Below are positions 45,149-58,016 of a DNA stretch of 64,000 bases, one piece after another; position 1 is the stretch's first letter, and the number at the start of each line of letters is the position of its first letter. Below the pieces are notes generated by a model. It had not been told where the DNA came from. It searched no databases and worked only from the letters and a program-made list of their open reading frames with translations. The DNA lies in the NCBI GenBank assembly GCA_963765765.1, contig CAVXYC010000028.1, forward strand, positions 1-64,000, in the 5' to 3' direction. The position numbers and the translations under genes were made by a program. This DNA comes from an uncultured Chloroflexia bacterium (GTDB lineage Bacteria; Chloroflexota; UBA6077; JACCZL01).

Positions 45149-45830
45149 CTAGACCGCGGCGGCCGCTTGCTGTGGTCTACGAGCGCGTGCGGAGCGATAG
45201 TACACCCGCACCTGGTCGCCAACTTTGTCGGGCTGATCCGTCTCAGCCGCGCGAGCCGCATGAAGCACAACTCGGAGCGGAGGCAGAGCGCCTACTTCTT
45301 CCGTAAGTGCAGCGAAAAACGCAGTAATTGCGTCTTCGTCTATCGGTGCGCCCCGGTAGCCCTGGAGTACATCGACAAGCTCTTGGCGTTCTGTCTCGTC
45401 GCGTCGGCGTTGTTCAGCACGCTCACGCAATAGGTCGGTACGGCTTACTGGAGCGGCCGGCGCGGCTGCTGGGCCGGCGGGGGACATCTCCATCTCGGGC
45501 TCAGACCGACGCCATCGAGTATTCGCGCTCTTAGCCGGGCGCTTTCCACGCGCTCCCGCTCGATCCGGATCTTCGAATTCCTCGCCACCACCCTCAAATT
45601 GAGTACGGCGGCCGCGTGGCGATCTTTGATCAACTCTCCGAGCCCCATCGGGGCGCCGGGTCTTCGCCGAACGTGGGCGGGTGGCAAGCGCTGTCCCAGA
45701 GCCTGAGTTATACGCCTCAAACATCGGCTCGTCTGGCTCTTCCGCATCCGGCACCTCAGACGGCGCGAGGCCGCGCTCTTGAAGTGCTCCGAGTTGCTCC
45801 AGTAAAGCCTCTTTCAGTGACTTGGGCACA
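45149..45830 (-). CDS. hypothetical protein
   Basis: PKSLKEALLEQL..., charged low-complexity ORF. Confidence 0.6.
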
Positions 45831-46185
45831 CAGTTCCTTTCCGCGGATGTCATTCCAGCGCTTGCGGCTGGCAGGTCCCTATGAGATGATGCCGAATTGA
45901 GTTTGGACCTCTGGCGCTTGCCCGAGTCTCTAGCACTCAGGATGCGCCGCGACTGAATTTAGCCACAGCACCAAATGCGTTACTCAGGGCTTCTGCTTAG
46001 ATCGCACGCGCGGCCGGAGTCACGCGGCACCAACCGAGACCATGCACACAGTACCGCACCTTGGCACATTATTGCAAGTCCGGTGCCAGTCCACGTGCGT
46101 TTGGCGAAAACTGCGTCTATCGCGAACTCAGTCCCGCCTCATATCTGAAACAATCAAGCCGGTCTCGTGGGACGCCCAAATGGCC

Positions 46186-48036
46186 TTACTGACCAATCGC
46201 TTCCGGCGCGGTGGACGGCAGCTCGGGAGTCGGAGAGGACGACGGCCTCGGGATTCGCTCATCTGGCGTTCTTGGTGCGGAGGGCGATCGAAGTCCAACC
46301 CGTATCTCGCCGCGAGCAGCCGCGAGTCCCATTAAGACGATGAGGCGATCCTGGCCTCGTAACACTGGCACGTAGTCGATTGCTCGGCCATTAACGCGAA
46401 CCGAGTCCACTTCAGATCCATCAGGCACGAGGGCGCTGAGACGCATCTCACCGCTTTTGTTGGACTCGTATGCAATGACCATTTCCTGCTCGGTTGCATT
46501 GTGGGCCATGGCAACCCAGCAGCCGGTGGAAGGCTGCACCACCTGAGCAGCACCGCTTCGACCACCCAACCGCGGGCCCAGCCAGAGGACGTCTGGCTCC
46601 ATGCGCACTCCAAATAGTCCGGCGATAACCGCCTCCGTCACGGTAGCCGCGGCGCCCGCGTAATCCCCTGAACCGGCATCCTTGCGCGTGAGAGCGTGCT
46701 GCCATTCCCAGACATCGCCGCCATGTGATTGCCAATCATCCGCGATCTGCTGCAGATGTTGGAAGCCCAGCCCGGAGAAACCTTGTTGGAACTCAGCGGT
46801 CACTTGCAATCCGCCCCACCAATCCCAGACACCGCCGTTCTGGTAACTCCACGCGCCCATATTGGGATGACCGAAAAGGCCGCTCAAATATGGCTGGGAA
46901 AGCGTCAGACCGGGCTTGGATACGCCGTTCGCTAAGCGTGCACGCTCAAGGTTCTCGACGATCCGCTGGTCGGATACTCCTTCCGTGATTCCGGAATAAA
47001 GCGCGTGCGCGTTCGCGATGCTGACAATGGCGTCCTCGTCAAACGAGTGCGTAAAGGGCGTCAGATGAATGTGCGTACGGAAAAAGCCTCGGGCGGGTTG
47101 CCACAGACTGACTTGCGTCGCAATACGCAGGGCATCAGCACGATCATCGAGAATAACCGCGGTGCCTGCATCGCCGTCCGCGCGATTCATCGCAGCCAGG
47201 TCACGCAATGCCTCGTACGCGATCGACTGATCATAAATCGACGCGGTCCAGACATTTGCATCGACAGGGATGGATCCTCGGGCCGGACCACCCTCCATTG
47301 GCACATCACCCCAATCCGTGGTGTGCCGACGTTTGATTAGTCCGGTCCCGGGATCCGTGCGATTGGCCCATACCCAGTCCATGGCCGCGTTGAGGCGCTG
47401 GAGCACGGTCTTGCCATGAGACGTCTGCTTGAGCCACTCGGCGCCGCCAACCGCTCTGTAATAAACAGAGGCAGCGCGCACCAGACTTGTCTCCTCATCC
47501 GACACGACGGGCATCTTGGACGGTGCATCCGCACGAAGAATCGCAGTGATGGCCCCACGTCCGGGAGTCAAGGCTCCCCAGAGTCGGTCTTCGGGATCGC
47601 CCGGCACCTGGTCGTATTGTGAGCCAATGAAGTCACCCAGGCCGGCCTCGAGAAATTGCGGTCCATAGAAGTACTGCACCGCGGGCAGCATGGTCGAGAC
47701 GTCCCGAATGTAGACCTCCGGGTAGTCCGCTCCGGGGCGAAAACTGGAAACGGGGCTCACAAACCCATCGAACTGAACTTCCATGCGTTGCCACGTTCGC
47801 ATGGCGGAATCTCGCATGGCCTCAATGGATGGAACGCCGTCCACTCGCCATGTCGTCTGGCGCTGCATGGCAGGATCCACCGGACAACGCTGCGGGCGGT
47901 AATTCAGTGAGCCGACGTCAGATGCACGGTAGGCCGCCCAAAGGGTGTCAGATCGGGCGTCCGCGTAAGTCGTTTCAGGAACCCACCCGTGCACGAAGGA
48001 CGTAAAGGTAACGATAAACGTCAGGAGCGAGCGCAC
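46186..48036 (-). CDS. secreted (alpha/alpha)6 glycoside hydrolase-like protein
   Basis: YPEVYIRD, TTDWGD, YDQSIAY, SYQNGGVWDWWGG, VWEW. Confidence 0.75.
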   Translation of the reverse strand: MRSLLTFIVTFTSFVHGWVPETTYADARSDTLWAAYRASDVGSLNYRPQRCPVDPAMQRQTTWRVDGVPSIEAMRDSAMRTWQRMEVQFDGFVSPVSSFRPGADYPEVYIRDVSTMLPAVQYFYGPQFLEAGLGDFIGSQYDQVPGDPEDRLWGALTPGRGAITAILRADAPSKMPVVSDEETSLVRAASVYYRAVGGAEWLKQTSHGKTVLQRLNAAMDWVWANRTDPGTGLIKRRHTTDWGDVPMEGGPARGSIPVDANVWTASIYDQSIAYEALRDLAAMNRADGDAGTAVILDDRADALRIATQVSLWQPARGFFRTHIHLTPFTHSFDEDAIVSIANAHALYSGITEGVSDQRIVENLERARLANGVSKPGLTLSQPYLSGLFGHPNMGAWSYQNGGVWDWWGGLQVTAEFQQGFSGLGFQHLQQIADDWQSHGGDVWEWQHALTRKDAGSGDYAGAAATVTEAVIAGLFGVRMEPDVLWLGPRLGGRSGAAQVVQPSTGCWVAMAHNATEQEMVIAYESNKSGEMRLSALVPDGSEVDSVRVNGRAIDYVPVLRGQDRLIVLMGLAAARGEIRVGLRSPSAPRTPDERIPRPSSSPTPELPSTAPEAIGQ

Positions 48037-48038
48037 TA

Positions 48039-49707
48039 TCACGATGCGCCCTGAGAATCGAGGAAGCACACTATCACCGAACGAGAGAATGCAGACTCTG
48101 GGTTGCGCAAAGTAGACACGATAGTCGCAGCGGCCTTCGCAACGTGCGACACATCCACTGGAATCACTGGATGGCGTACGCGAACGCGTCGAAGCCACTG
48201 TTGTACGAGGCGCATCTCCTCCGCGACCTCGTTAAGATTGGCGCGGGGAAGATCGGCCGATTGAAATGTCGCGTCAAGTATTGAAACGACCTCACTATGT
48301 TCAGCGGTGACGTTGATACGATGAGTCCCAGCAAGCCGATTCTCGCGAATACAGACAAGCTTCTTCAGCCCTGTCCGTTCCGTCGGAAGTATCAACACGA
48401 CGTTCACGGCACGGCAATCTTGCCGCCAGCGCTCATCGCCAACCAGCCGCTCCAATGCGAAGATTCGGTCGCGCAAGGCGGCCGCGGCCTCGAAGTTGAG
48501 GCCGTCCGCTTCATGGTCTCGCCGCCGACGAAGGTAGTCTAAGAGACTCTGGTCATCCCCGCGCAAGAGAGAAAGCGCTGAATCGACCGCATCACAATAT
48601 TGCGATGGCTCGCGATTCAGCCCGCAGGGCCCAAGACAGTGCCGCGGAATCGTTGGCTTGCACTTCACTGGATCTCCGTGAGCGCAGAGGCCGACCGCAT
48701 CTGACAGAGCCCGCAACCCGGATTCAAGCATGCCGCGTGAGCCGAATGGACCGTACACATTGGACGCCTTCACGTCGTAGGCGTCGACGACTCGCAATCC
48801 CGGTAGGGCGACGGTTCGGTCCACCGCCAGATAAGCTCCAAAACGCTCTAATCGGTCGGCGCTGTTTCCGATTGGTTGATACCGTTTGATCAAGCGTGCT
48901 TCGATAAAGAGCGCCTCTAGATCCGTCTCAGTCTCAATGACGTCCACATGACGCACACGACGGATCTCGCGGCGCAGGCGCGCCTGCGGATGCCAGCGGT
49001 GGCGTAAATGCTCCTGCACCCGCCTGCGTAGATTCATGGACTTTCCGACGTAGATCACCCGGCCCGGAAGCGTCCTTCAATAAATACACACCTGCGCCTG
49101 AAGGAAGCCCCTGCCAGAGCTCGGGATTTCGAGGCGCGCGATCGCTCCTGGCACCCATTTCCAGGCAGCTCATAAGTGTTGCGTCGTCGCTCAGGGCAAC
49201 CAGTCGGCGATAGAGCTCGGCCGTTTGTCGTGCGTGCGGAAAAGCGCGATGAGTCGCTTCACGTGACAAATTCAGCGAATCCACTAGCATGTCGAGCCGG
49301 TGACTCTCGAGCTGCGGCATCACGCGGCGGGCGAGACGCAACGTGCACATGCGGCTGGCACTGATCTCGAGCCGAGCTGTTGCCGCGGCCCTACGCAGAA
49401 ATCCGAAGTCGAACGGAAGGTTGTGTGCCAGTAGCACGGCTCCTTCCAGCATCTGCAGGACTCTGGGAATGACATCTTCGAGCCTGGGTGCTTGCTGCAC
49501 CATTGCGTCCGAGATACCGGTCATTCGCTGGATTCGCGGAGGTACCGGCATGCGCGGGTCGAGAAGCGATTGGAATGAATCGACAAGAGTTTCATTCTCG
49601 AATCGCAGCGCTGCAATCTCGATGGCTCTATCGTGGTCGGCGCTGTAACCCGTTGTCTCGAGGTCCAAAACGAGCACAGGTGAAGCGCGCAGCTCTCTCG
49701 GGGTCAT
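48039..49707 (-). CDS. DEDD 3'-5' exonuclease fused to a UvrC-like GIY-YIG endonuclease (frameshift near 49060)
   Basis: VLDLETTG, AHNLPFD, HRA; GVYLLKD...IYVGKSMNLRRRV; FEAAAALRDRI. Confidence 0.9.
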
Positions 49708-49815
49708 GCCGAAGCCAACCTATCAGCACGCGGCATTGAGCGTCAACGCAAAGATCTGAAATGCGTGGCGCCTTGATGAGATTCTCGCTATGGTATTGTG
49801 ATCTCGAGCCCTAGT

Positions 49816-50814
49816 ATGTCCGTTCAGGCTTCTCTCTCTCGACGGCGGTTTATCACCCGTACCGCTCTTGTTAGCGCCACGGCGGCGCTATACCTGACGT
49901 TCCAATCACCTCGTTCCAGAGCACAATCGGGTGGAACGTGGACCATCAGGGCCCCCATGCCATCAAGCCGTGGCGAGGTCGCGGCCGCGCTCGTTCAGGG
50001 ACGTATTCACGTCGTTGGCGCGTACGCGGATGGAAGCAATCTCAATGAAGCCTATGATCCGGCGTCGGACCAGTGGCAATCGCTTGCGCCTCTCCCGCGC
50101 GGTGTACATCACACGAGCGCCGCGTCAATTGGCGGGCGACTCTACGTCGTGGGAGGATACGATACGTCGACGAACGTGCCAGTGACTTCAGCGTTTGTCT
50201 ACGACCCAAGCGTCGATCAATGGGCCGCGATCGCTCCACTGGCCACCGCTCGAGGCGCTCTTGGGATGGTGGCAGTCGGTGACCGTCTGTACGCCATAAG
50301 TGGGGAGGCGGGCCGAAACATTCCGACGAATGAAGTTTATTTGCCGGACGAAGATCGCTGGTACGCTATCCGCCCCATCCCTACGCCGCGAGACCATCTT
50401 TCCGCCGCTGTATGGGATGGCCAGATCTACGTCATTGGTGGACGCGCCTCGAACATGTCAATGAGTCTCACCATGAACGAAGCCTACGATCCGGCGTCCG
50501 ACACGTGGCGGTCATTGGCCCCGATGCTCACGGGACGTAGTGGCATCGCCGGTGCTGCATTGAATGGGCGGGTTTACGTCTTCGGAGGCGAAGACCCCGT
50601 CAAGACGTTCAATGAGAACGAGTCCTACGACGTGGCCACGGACTCGTGGCAATCACATCCGCCGATGCCAACGGCACGGCATGGGCTGGCGGCAGCAACG
50701 TTTGGCGATTCTATATTTGTCCTGGCAGGTGGACACCTCCAGGAGCATCAGAGAGCGATCTCAACGAAGTCTTCCAACCCTCAACAGCCTGATCGACGGT
50801 CCTCGCACCAATGA
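49816..50814 (+). CDS. Tat-exported Kelch-repeat protein
   Basis: SRRRFI signal; six YVVGG...YDP..D.W repeats. Confidence 0.9.
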   Translation: MSVQASLSRRRFITRTALVSATAALYLTFQSPRSRAQSGGTWTIRAPMPSSRGEVAAALVQGRIHVVGAYADGSNLNEAYDPASDQWQSLAPLPRGVHHTSAASIGGRLYVVGGYDTSTNVPVTSAFVYDPSVDQWAAIAPLATARGALGMVAVGDRLYAISGEAGRNIPTNEVYLPDEDRWYAIRPIPTPRDHLSAAVWDGQIYVIGGRASNMSMSLTMNEAYDPASDTWRSLAPMLTGRSGIAGAALNGRVYVFGGEDPVKTFNENESYDVATDSWQSHPPMPTARHGLAAATFGDSIFVLAGGHLQEHQRAISTKSSNPQQPDRRSSHQ

Positions 50815-51558
50815 GCAGCGTCTCTGAGCTCAATGCCCTGTCTCTCGTCGTTGCGCTGGGCGCGGGACTTCTCTCATTCATCTCGCCCTGCGTACTTCCG
50901 CTGGTTCCGGTGTACATCGGATACATCACAGGTACGTCCGCGGCGGATGCGCGAACCACGGCACAAAGCTCTCGATTCGCCGCATTGGCTCCCACAATCG
51001 CCTTCATCTGTGGTCTTGCCGTCGTTTTCATGCTGTTGGGTGCCACCGCCACGGCCGACCGGGCGAGCACTCGCCCAATACCAACCGCTGATCACACGTG
51101 TCGGCGGGCTCGCGGTGATCGTTTTCGGGTTGAACATGGCAGGGGTCGTCAAGATTCCCTGGCTCTACCGCACTGTGCAGGCCGACGTGCGAGGCGTTCC
51201 AAGCCGCGGTTTACTCGGAGCGGCGCTCATGGGCGCGACGTTCGCCGCGGGCTGGGTACCCTGCGTCGGGCCATTTCTGGCCAGCATTCTGGCTCTAGCA
51301 AGTCAGGAGCGCACTGCCGAACAAGGAATGGTGCTGCTCTTCACCTACGCGATAGGCCTGGGATTGCCATTTCTGCTTGTGGGATTTGTCTGGGCCCCCG
51401 CCCTGCGCGGAATCAAGCGAATTCAACCCTGGCTGGGAGCCATAGAGATCCTCAGCGGCATCCTTTTAGTCATCCTGGGGTGCCTGCTGGTAACCGATCA
51501 ATACTCATTTCTTGCAGGACGTCTCACCGAGCTATTCGGCATTGGTCTGGCTCTGTAA
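50811..51558 (+). CDS. ccdA: cytochrome c biogenesis protein CcdA (frameshifted)
   Basis: AGLLSFISPCVLPLVPVY; GWVPCVGPFL; YAIGLGLPF. Confidence 0.92.
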
Positions 51559-51599
51559 TAACGATCGCGAAGCCTAATTCTGTCGCGTGAGCGCGTTCG

Positions 51600-52427
51600 T
51601 CACATCTGGACCGCATGACGTAACGTATCGGCGATTCTTGCAAGGTCTTCGGGCCCCGACGATGCCAGATAACGGACGTTCCCCAGTCTCGTTATAGGTG
51701 CAGCCAGGAAATCGCCTTGGAGTATGCGTTGAGCTTGTCGAGCCACGGGCGCGCCTGTGTCCAGCACCGAGACTTCCGAACCCAACATCGCTTCAATCAC
51801 TGGTCGCAGAAACGCGTAATGCGTGCAGCCGAGCACCAGCACGTCAACCTTCCGCATCCGCACTTGAGCGATGATGGGGCGGAGCACAGAACGAGTCTCC
51901 TCGCCATCGATCGCGGCACGCTCGACCAGCTCGACCAGGCGATCCGGACAGGGAAAAAGCTCCAGCTCAACACCACTCGCGTGCTGTTCGCTGAGTCTGC
52001 GAAGTGAGCCAGACCGAACCGTAGCGTGCGTGGCCATCACCCCGATGCGACCCGTGCGCGTTTTCGCAGTGGCTGGTTTTATTCCAGGCTCGGTGCCAAC
52101 GAAGGGCACCGAAAATCGCTCGCGTAGCGATGTCAGAGCAACCGTAGTAGCGGAGTTACAGGCGACGACAATAAGCTTCACACCCGCATCGACAAGCGTC
52201 TGGCTTGCCCGCGTGGCCAGCTCCACAATCTGACTGTCCGGTCGGGAGCCCCACGGACAGTTCAGCGTGTCGGCAAAGTAAAGAAACGACTCACCGGGCA
52301 TCAGTCTCTGGAGCTCGAACAGCACCGCGAGGCCCCCGACGCCCGAATCGAAGACGCCGATTGGTTGAGAGACTCCCCGCAAGACGCCCCCATCGGCGGT
52401 CGAGTACACAGGTGAGCCGGTGGTCAA
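51600..52427 (-). CDS. murI: glutamate racemase
   Basis: IGVFDSGVGGL, VVACNSAT, VLGCTHY. Confidence 0.97.
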   Translation of the reverse strand: MTTGSPVYSTADGGVLRGVSQPIGVFDSGVGGLAVLFELQRLMPGESFLYFADTLNCPWGSRPDSQIVELATRASQTLVDAGVKLIVVACNSATTVALTSLRERFSVPFVGTEPGIKPATAKTRTGRIGVMATHATVRSGSLRRLSEQHASGVELELFPCPDRLVELVERAAIDGEETRSVLRPIIAQVRMRKVDVLVLGCTHYAFLRPVIEAMLGSEVSVLDTGAPVARQAQRILQGDFLAAPITRLGNVRYLASSGPEDLARIADTLRHAVQM

Positions 52428-52470
52428 TTTGCCTCACCTATAATCTCGACAATTCCCGAGCGAGCGCAGG

Positions 52471-52833
52471 ATGCCGACACAGCCAAGCAAATCACTCCAA
52501 GTTGTCCCCAACCCTCATCCCGACGTCCATTATGAAGTTGAGATGGTGTGTCCAGAGTTCACGTGCGTCTGCCCTATGACGGGCCAACCCGACTTTGCCA
52601 CATTTACCATCACCTATGTCCCCGGACCAAGGATCGTTGAGCTGAAATCACTCAAGCTTTACCTCTGGTCCTTTCGTGACGAAGGCCACTTTCATGAGGA
52701 TGTGACCAACATGGTTCTAAAAGACCTGGTAGCCGCGCTTGACCCGCGGGAGATGCGCATCGACGCCCAATTCAACGTGCGCGGGGGGATTACCACCACA
52801 GTGCGAACGCGGTATCCCGATCGCACGTCCTGA
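52471..52833 (+). CDS. queF: preQ0 reductase
   Basis: [35 protein letters not shown]. Confidence 0.97.
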   Translation: MPTQPSKSLQVVPNPHPDVHYEVEMVCPEFTCVCPMTGQPDFATFTITYVPGPRIVELKSLKLYLWSFRDEGHFHEDVTNMVLKDLVAALDPREMRIDAQFNVRGGITTTVRTRYPDRTS

Positions 52834-52852
52834 CGGCGTCCACCAGCCGCCT

Positions 52853-54796
52853 TTACTCGCAGCTCTTGGAAAGGACGATTCGCGGGGCTGGAGTTGGCGG
52901 CGCAGGTGCTGGTGACGCTGAGATCACCGGCGGGCGATCCGGGAATACCCACGCCTCGCCCTCGGTCGTCATGTTTTCAACCCTGATCTGAAGCGAGACC
53001 AGCCTCCTTCCCTCCGGATCGGTAGCCCCGGAAACGTTCACTTCATTGAACTCCCAGACCGGGTAATTCCGGCCCTGCTCAGTGATGAGCTTCCGCGTGG
53101 CCGAGCCCAGCATGACGCTGCGCCCCGATGGTGTTCGGCCCCAGAGCTGAACGTCAGGATTCCATCGGCAGGGGACTGGATCATTCGTCCCCGGCAGCGA
53201 GAGAACCGCCGAAACATTGGCCCACTCCATTTCGTAAGGAGCTTTGTCGTCCACGGGAACGATCGATTCGATGCGAGCGAGAACCCGCTCAGGAAGCGGT
53301 TGGACTGGCTCGTCGATAATGATGGGCTCTCCGCCGATGAGATAAATCGACTGGTCACGCAAGTCCGAATTGTTGGTGGAGCCGCGAAGGGTCACGTAGT
53401 AACGGCCTGAGCGCGGATCCAGAGGCATGGTCTGACCGTACTTTGTGACCAGGGTCGCCCCTTTCGATGCAGCCTCAAAGGATGTCTCCACCTCGGACGG
53501 CGAATTGTTCCAGAGCACAGTCGTTCGTCGATCGCCGCGCTCCATCACGACTTGACTGACCTGTGCCGGCCAGATGAACTGTGTCCGCGTCTTCACGCTA
53601 TCGAGTATGCGATCGATGTCGTCAGGCTTCGCCCGCCGGGCAGCCCCGGCCAGGTGTAATAGGCGCTTTTCACCGCCGCGAAATAGCTAGCCACGACCTG
53701 GAAGGCAGTGTAGGCAGGTCGGGTTGTGCCGTTGTTCCGCACCAGGCCGTAGTACTGGCCTTGCTCGGCCTCCTCGTCCACCATCTTGTAAATCGCCTGA
53801 CGCTCCACACCGGCCGCTATGCCCATGGCGTAGCTCTGAACAACGTACGATGCCTGATCATCCAGCGTGGCCCGCGCCTGTCCCGGGGGAAGTGGCTGCA
53901 CAGGATCATTGAACGGCACGACGTTGCTCTCATTGATCCAGATCGGCTTTTTCATATCGCGAGCTTCCATCCATTGTTTGGCCAACATCGGAATGGTGTA
54001 GGAGTTCAGCGGGTTGCCGTATGTGTGGACCGCCAATATGTCGAAGTAATTGTCGTATTTCTCGCGCTCGCGGTCGTTCTTGAGCACTTCCATGAGGCCC
54101 AACAGGTAGGGCGTCCGACCATATTCTTTGTCCCACCAGTACGTCATTCCGCCGATGATCACCTTGGCGCGTGGGTTCACTTCTTTGACGTTGAGATAGG
54201 CGACTTTGAGCAGCTGTAGGTATTCCTCATATGACCCCGAGAAGGTGTAGCGAATAACCGGATCGTAGAGATCGGGCTCATTCCAGACGATCCAATGATC
54301 CACCACGCCCTGGTGCCGGGCGACGATCTTCCGAACGAATTGTCCCCAATAGTTGTCGGGGTGATCGTGCGGAAGATTCAGATTTCTCGGAATATCAACT
54401 GGTTTGCCCACGGCTGGGTTGGGCGCGGCCCAGTGTGGCGTATAGATGAGTACGCCGACCTGCTCGACGCCTCGCGCCGCTTGAGCCCGAATTTGCGCAT
54501 CCGTGAAATACAGCTCGTTCCACTCGTTGGCGGATTCCTTCTGAATCAGCGACCACGGGAAGATAATTCGCTCCCAGCTTGCACCGGCGATTTAATGCGA
54601 GCTGCGGCGAATGCGCCGCCTGAACGATGCCAAATCGGGAGTCGATGGGATCAACAGGTGGAAGCTTAGCGACGTTGACCGCGTCGGGCTGAGCGAAGTT
54701 GGTGACATTGGGCTGACCGACAGACGTACCAATATTGGTCAGGGGTAGGAACACCCCAACCAGGAGCACGATGAATCGAAGTCGTATGGCCGTCAA
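52853..54796 (-). CDS. secreted clan GH-A (GH39/GH5-like) glycoside hydrolase (frameshifted)
   Basis: Signal peptide; WIVWNEPD; DILAVHTY; KPIWINES; YYGLVR. Confidence 0.8.
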
Positions 54797-54968
54797 TGTG
54801 TGTGCTTCAAATTAGCGAGAGGCTACCGGCTTCAGGGCAGCTCGCCAATTCGAGATACGCCAGCGCCGTGTAATCAATTGGCGGCACGCAGGCGCGCCAC
54901 CGCGCTCAGAATACCATGCAACAGCGCGGACTCCCGCAACAAGTCCATCACGGCGTAAGACGCTGCGC

Positions 54969-57559
54969 CTACCGTAGGCACGGATCGATCTCGGCCTCAG
55001 CCTGACGCGTAAGTGCGTAACAGACACTCTGAAGCCGTGCGGCGAACTCCCTCGGGGATTCGCCCTCGTCCAGGCGCAGCGGTGGCCCGAACGCAATCGC
55101 GAGTGGTCCGCGAGTGATGGAAACGGGGACTCCACCTATGACAAGGCCTTCATAGTGCTCCAGATGCGCCGGGCATGAGCCGCTCCGTTCCGGCAATGCC
55201 GAATGGGATCACATCGGCATCGAGTGACTCTGCGAGGTGCGACACGCCAGGTCGGAACTGTACCAGCGGGTCGTTGGCAATTTCGAGTGGTGGATCAGAG
55301 TGCGTACCCTGCGGAAAGATGAGCACGGCGCTGCCCTGCTGCATGAGCTTCGCAAGGCCCCGCAAGCTCGCATCGCGCTCGCCCATCTGGTTGAGCGGGT
55401 ATGTGCCGAAGGCAAGTACCCCAATCCAGGCAGCCGGACCAATGTCGGCTAGATTGGCCGCGCTGGCGACAACGACAAGCTTTTTCGCGAGACCACGAGC
55501 CGGCGTTGCAGCCAGTCCGTGCTGCACCAGATGGATGTCCGCGAAGCTATGGTGAGTGCCCGCGATGATGACCCTCGGCCCGATAGTCTTTAAATTCTCC
55601 CCGCCGAGGACGTGAGTCTTGGTGACACCAAATCTATAGACCAGGTGAAAGGGCAGGCCCAGCGTGCGAAAGGCGCGTCCCCAGCCATATGGCCAGAGCG
55701 GCGTGGCTCCGTTCCGTATTACGCCCGAGGTAGCGGCCGATGAGCCAGCCTGCTGGAGCATCGTTCGAATATCGGCCAGCGTCATATCGAGCCGGAGATC
55801 ACCATCGGCTACAGGTCGGCCCGTCTTTTCTTCAAGCGCGAGGGCTAGATCCACCAGTCCGAGGCTATCCATCCCGAGCTCGGCAAGCTGCTGCCCCTCA
55901 GCCACGGTGGCCACGCGGGCAGTGCCACGCACCGCCTGCGCGACCGGGTCATCACTGGCCGCCAGGGTATCCACTTCGATGTGTTGGTCGGGCGAAGGCA
56001 TCGGCAGCAGATGACGACGGACTTTCAGCGTTGGGGTGCGCGGAAAGTCGGCTTCCGGCCACCACGATGCGGTGGCAACGCGCTGATGCTGAGCGAGCGT
56101 GCCGTTTGCGCGGGCCACCAGGACCGATGGGTCTGCGTCCACACCCCCGGGCGCGCGAAGAAGATAGGCATGCAGCGTGGCGCCGCCACTGGCCGTGGGT
56201 ACCGCGATGACGCTGGCATCCTTCACCCCGGCCTGTAGACGTAGCGCGTCTTCAACATCCTGCGGCCAGACTTTCAGGCCCGATGGCAACACGATGAGCT
56301 CTTTGGCTCGACCGCTCAGGGAGATATTCCCCTCGGAGTCGATCGTCGCTAGGTCACCTGTGTGATACCAGCCATCTGTCAGGACTTCCGCCGTTCGCTC
56401 TGGGTCCCTCCAGTATCCGCGCATTACGTTTGGTCCGCGGACGAGCAGCTCACCTTCTGGGCTCAGTTGCACTTCAACACCACGGACAGGCCGACCAACG
56501 CTGCCAAGGGGTGTGGTGCCATCTGGTAATCCGCAAGCGATGACTGGCGAGCATTCGCTCGTACCGTATCCCTGGACGATGCGCACGCCCATGCGCTCCC
56601 AGAGCTCCTGCGTTTCCTTCGGTAGAGCGGCGCCGCCCGCGGCCATTAAACGCAGATGTCCACCAAGCTGTTGGTGGACTGGCCAGTAGACGTTCCGACG
56701 GGCGCTCATCGGCAAGCGCTTTGCCAATCGAGCGGCGTTGGCCACAACAGCGGCCGGCAGTTTAGCCGAGAGCTGGTCCTCGAGCGCCCGCCCCATGATG
56801 CTGAGAATCTGCGGCACGGCAATCATGTGCGTGACCCGCTGCTCCTGAAACACCCGCACGATGTCAGGTGCACGACGGCTCGGTATGTAATGAACGGCGG
56901 CGCCGCTGGCCAAGGGGTAAAGCATTCCACCCGTAAGCTCAAAGAGATGGGAAAGGGGCAGAATGCTTGCCAGTCGACAATGCTCGTCAATGGGGATGTT
57001 GTTTCGAACCGCATCCACCTGAGAACACAGATTGGCGTGGCTGATCATACAGCCCTTGGGATTGCCCGGTGGTCCCCGACGTGAACGCAATGACAGCAAG
57101 CTCTTCCGCTGGCAATGCCGGGCCATCGTCATTACGGTCGAGCTCGGTCGACGGCTCCCACCACTCCGTGGCTTCCAATCCGTTTGCCCACGTCGGCTTC
57201 TCGCCGAAGCCGACGATGATCAACCGAGGCTCGACAAGCTCCACGATGCGCGCAGCGGCATCCGAGTTCATCTCCCGATCGAACGGAACGACGATCGCGC
57301 CGAGCTTCCAGACCGCGAAGTAGTAGACAGGCGACCACCAGCTGCTGGGAACCCAGAGAATCACGCGATCGCCTTCCTGGACACCGCGGTCATTCAACTG
57401 CGATGCGAGGGCGTTGACTCGGTTCAGGAGCTGTTGGCTGGTGATTGTCTGCCAGATCAGACCGTGCTGACTGCCGAAGGCGACGGCATCCGGCAAGCGC
57501 TTGGCGCGCTGGGTGACGATTTCATAGAGATGTCTGTACACAGCCTTAGTCACCACCAA
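54969..57559 (-). CDS. AMP-dependent synthetase / ACP / PlsC acyltransferase fusion (frameshifted)
   Basis: FTSGTTG(N)PKG, QGYGTSE, WYHTGD, LGMDSL, HHSFAD, IFPQGT. Confidence 0.9.
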
Positions 57560-58016
57560 TCTTCAGCCGAAATCTCTGTCCGATGAATTCGTCGAGGGCA
57601 GCAGTCCGATGTCGTCACGCCGAGGTAACTGACCCTCGGGTCAGCGTGATCCCCGATTCTCGTTGCTGACCGCCGCCGCGCTCAATCGACATCGTCAGCG
57701 CGCGAGCGTGCTGTCGATTTTATAGTCAGCCGGACTCATGGCGCGCTCTCCCGAGCGAAATCGAGTCATAAACACCGTAACGGCCAATCCGCCGACCGCG
57801 CTCGCCGCCATCGCCACACTGGCGGCCACAGCCAGCGGCGTGCCTGCAAAGTCCGTTGGGCGGAATCCCGCGGTACCGCACATCGTCAGTGCACGCGCTG
57901 GCCTTGAACCAGTCACGGCCAGCGCACCGAAGCCGCTCAGAAGGCGGCCGGCCGTGGGGCGTTGGCATCAGATTGCTGTGCTACACTCGGCCGGGTTACA
58001 GGACAGGAGGAAGCTG

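Noticed and set aside
52428-52470. preQ1 riboswitch before queF
   Set aside because: The leader after TATAAT is under 30 nt and lacks the stem and A-rich tail
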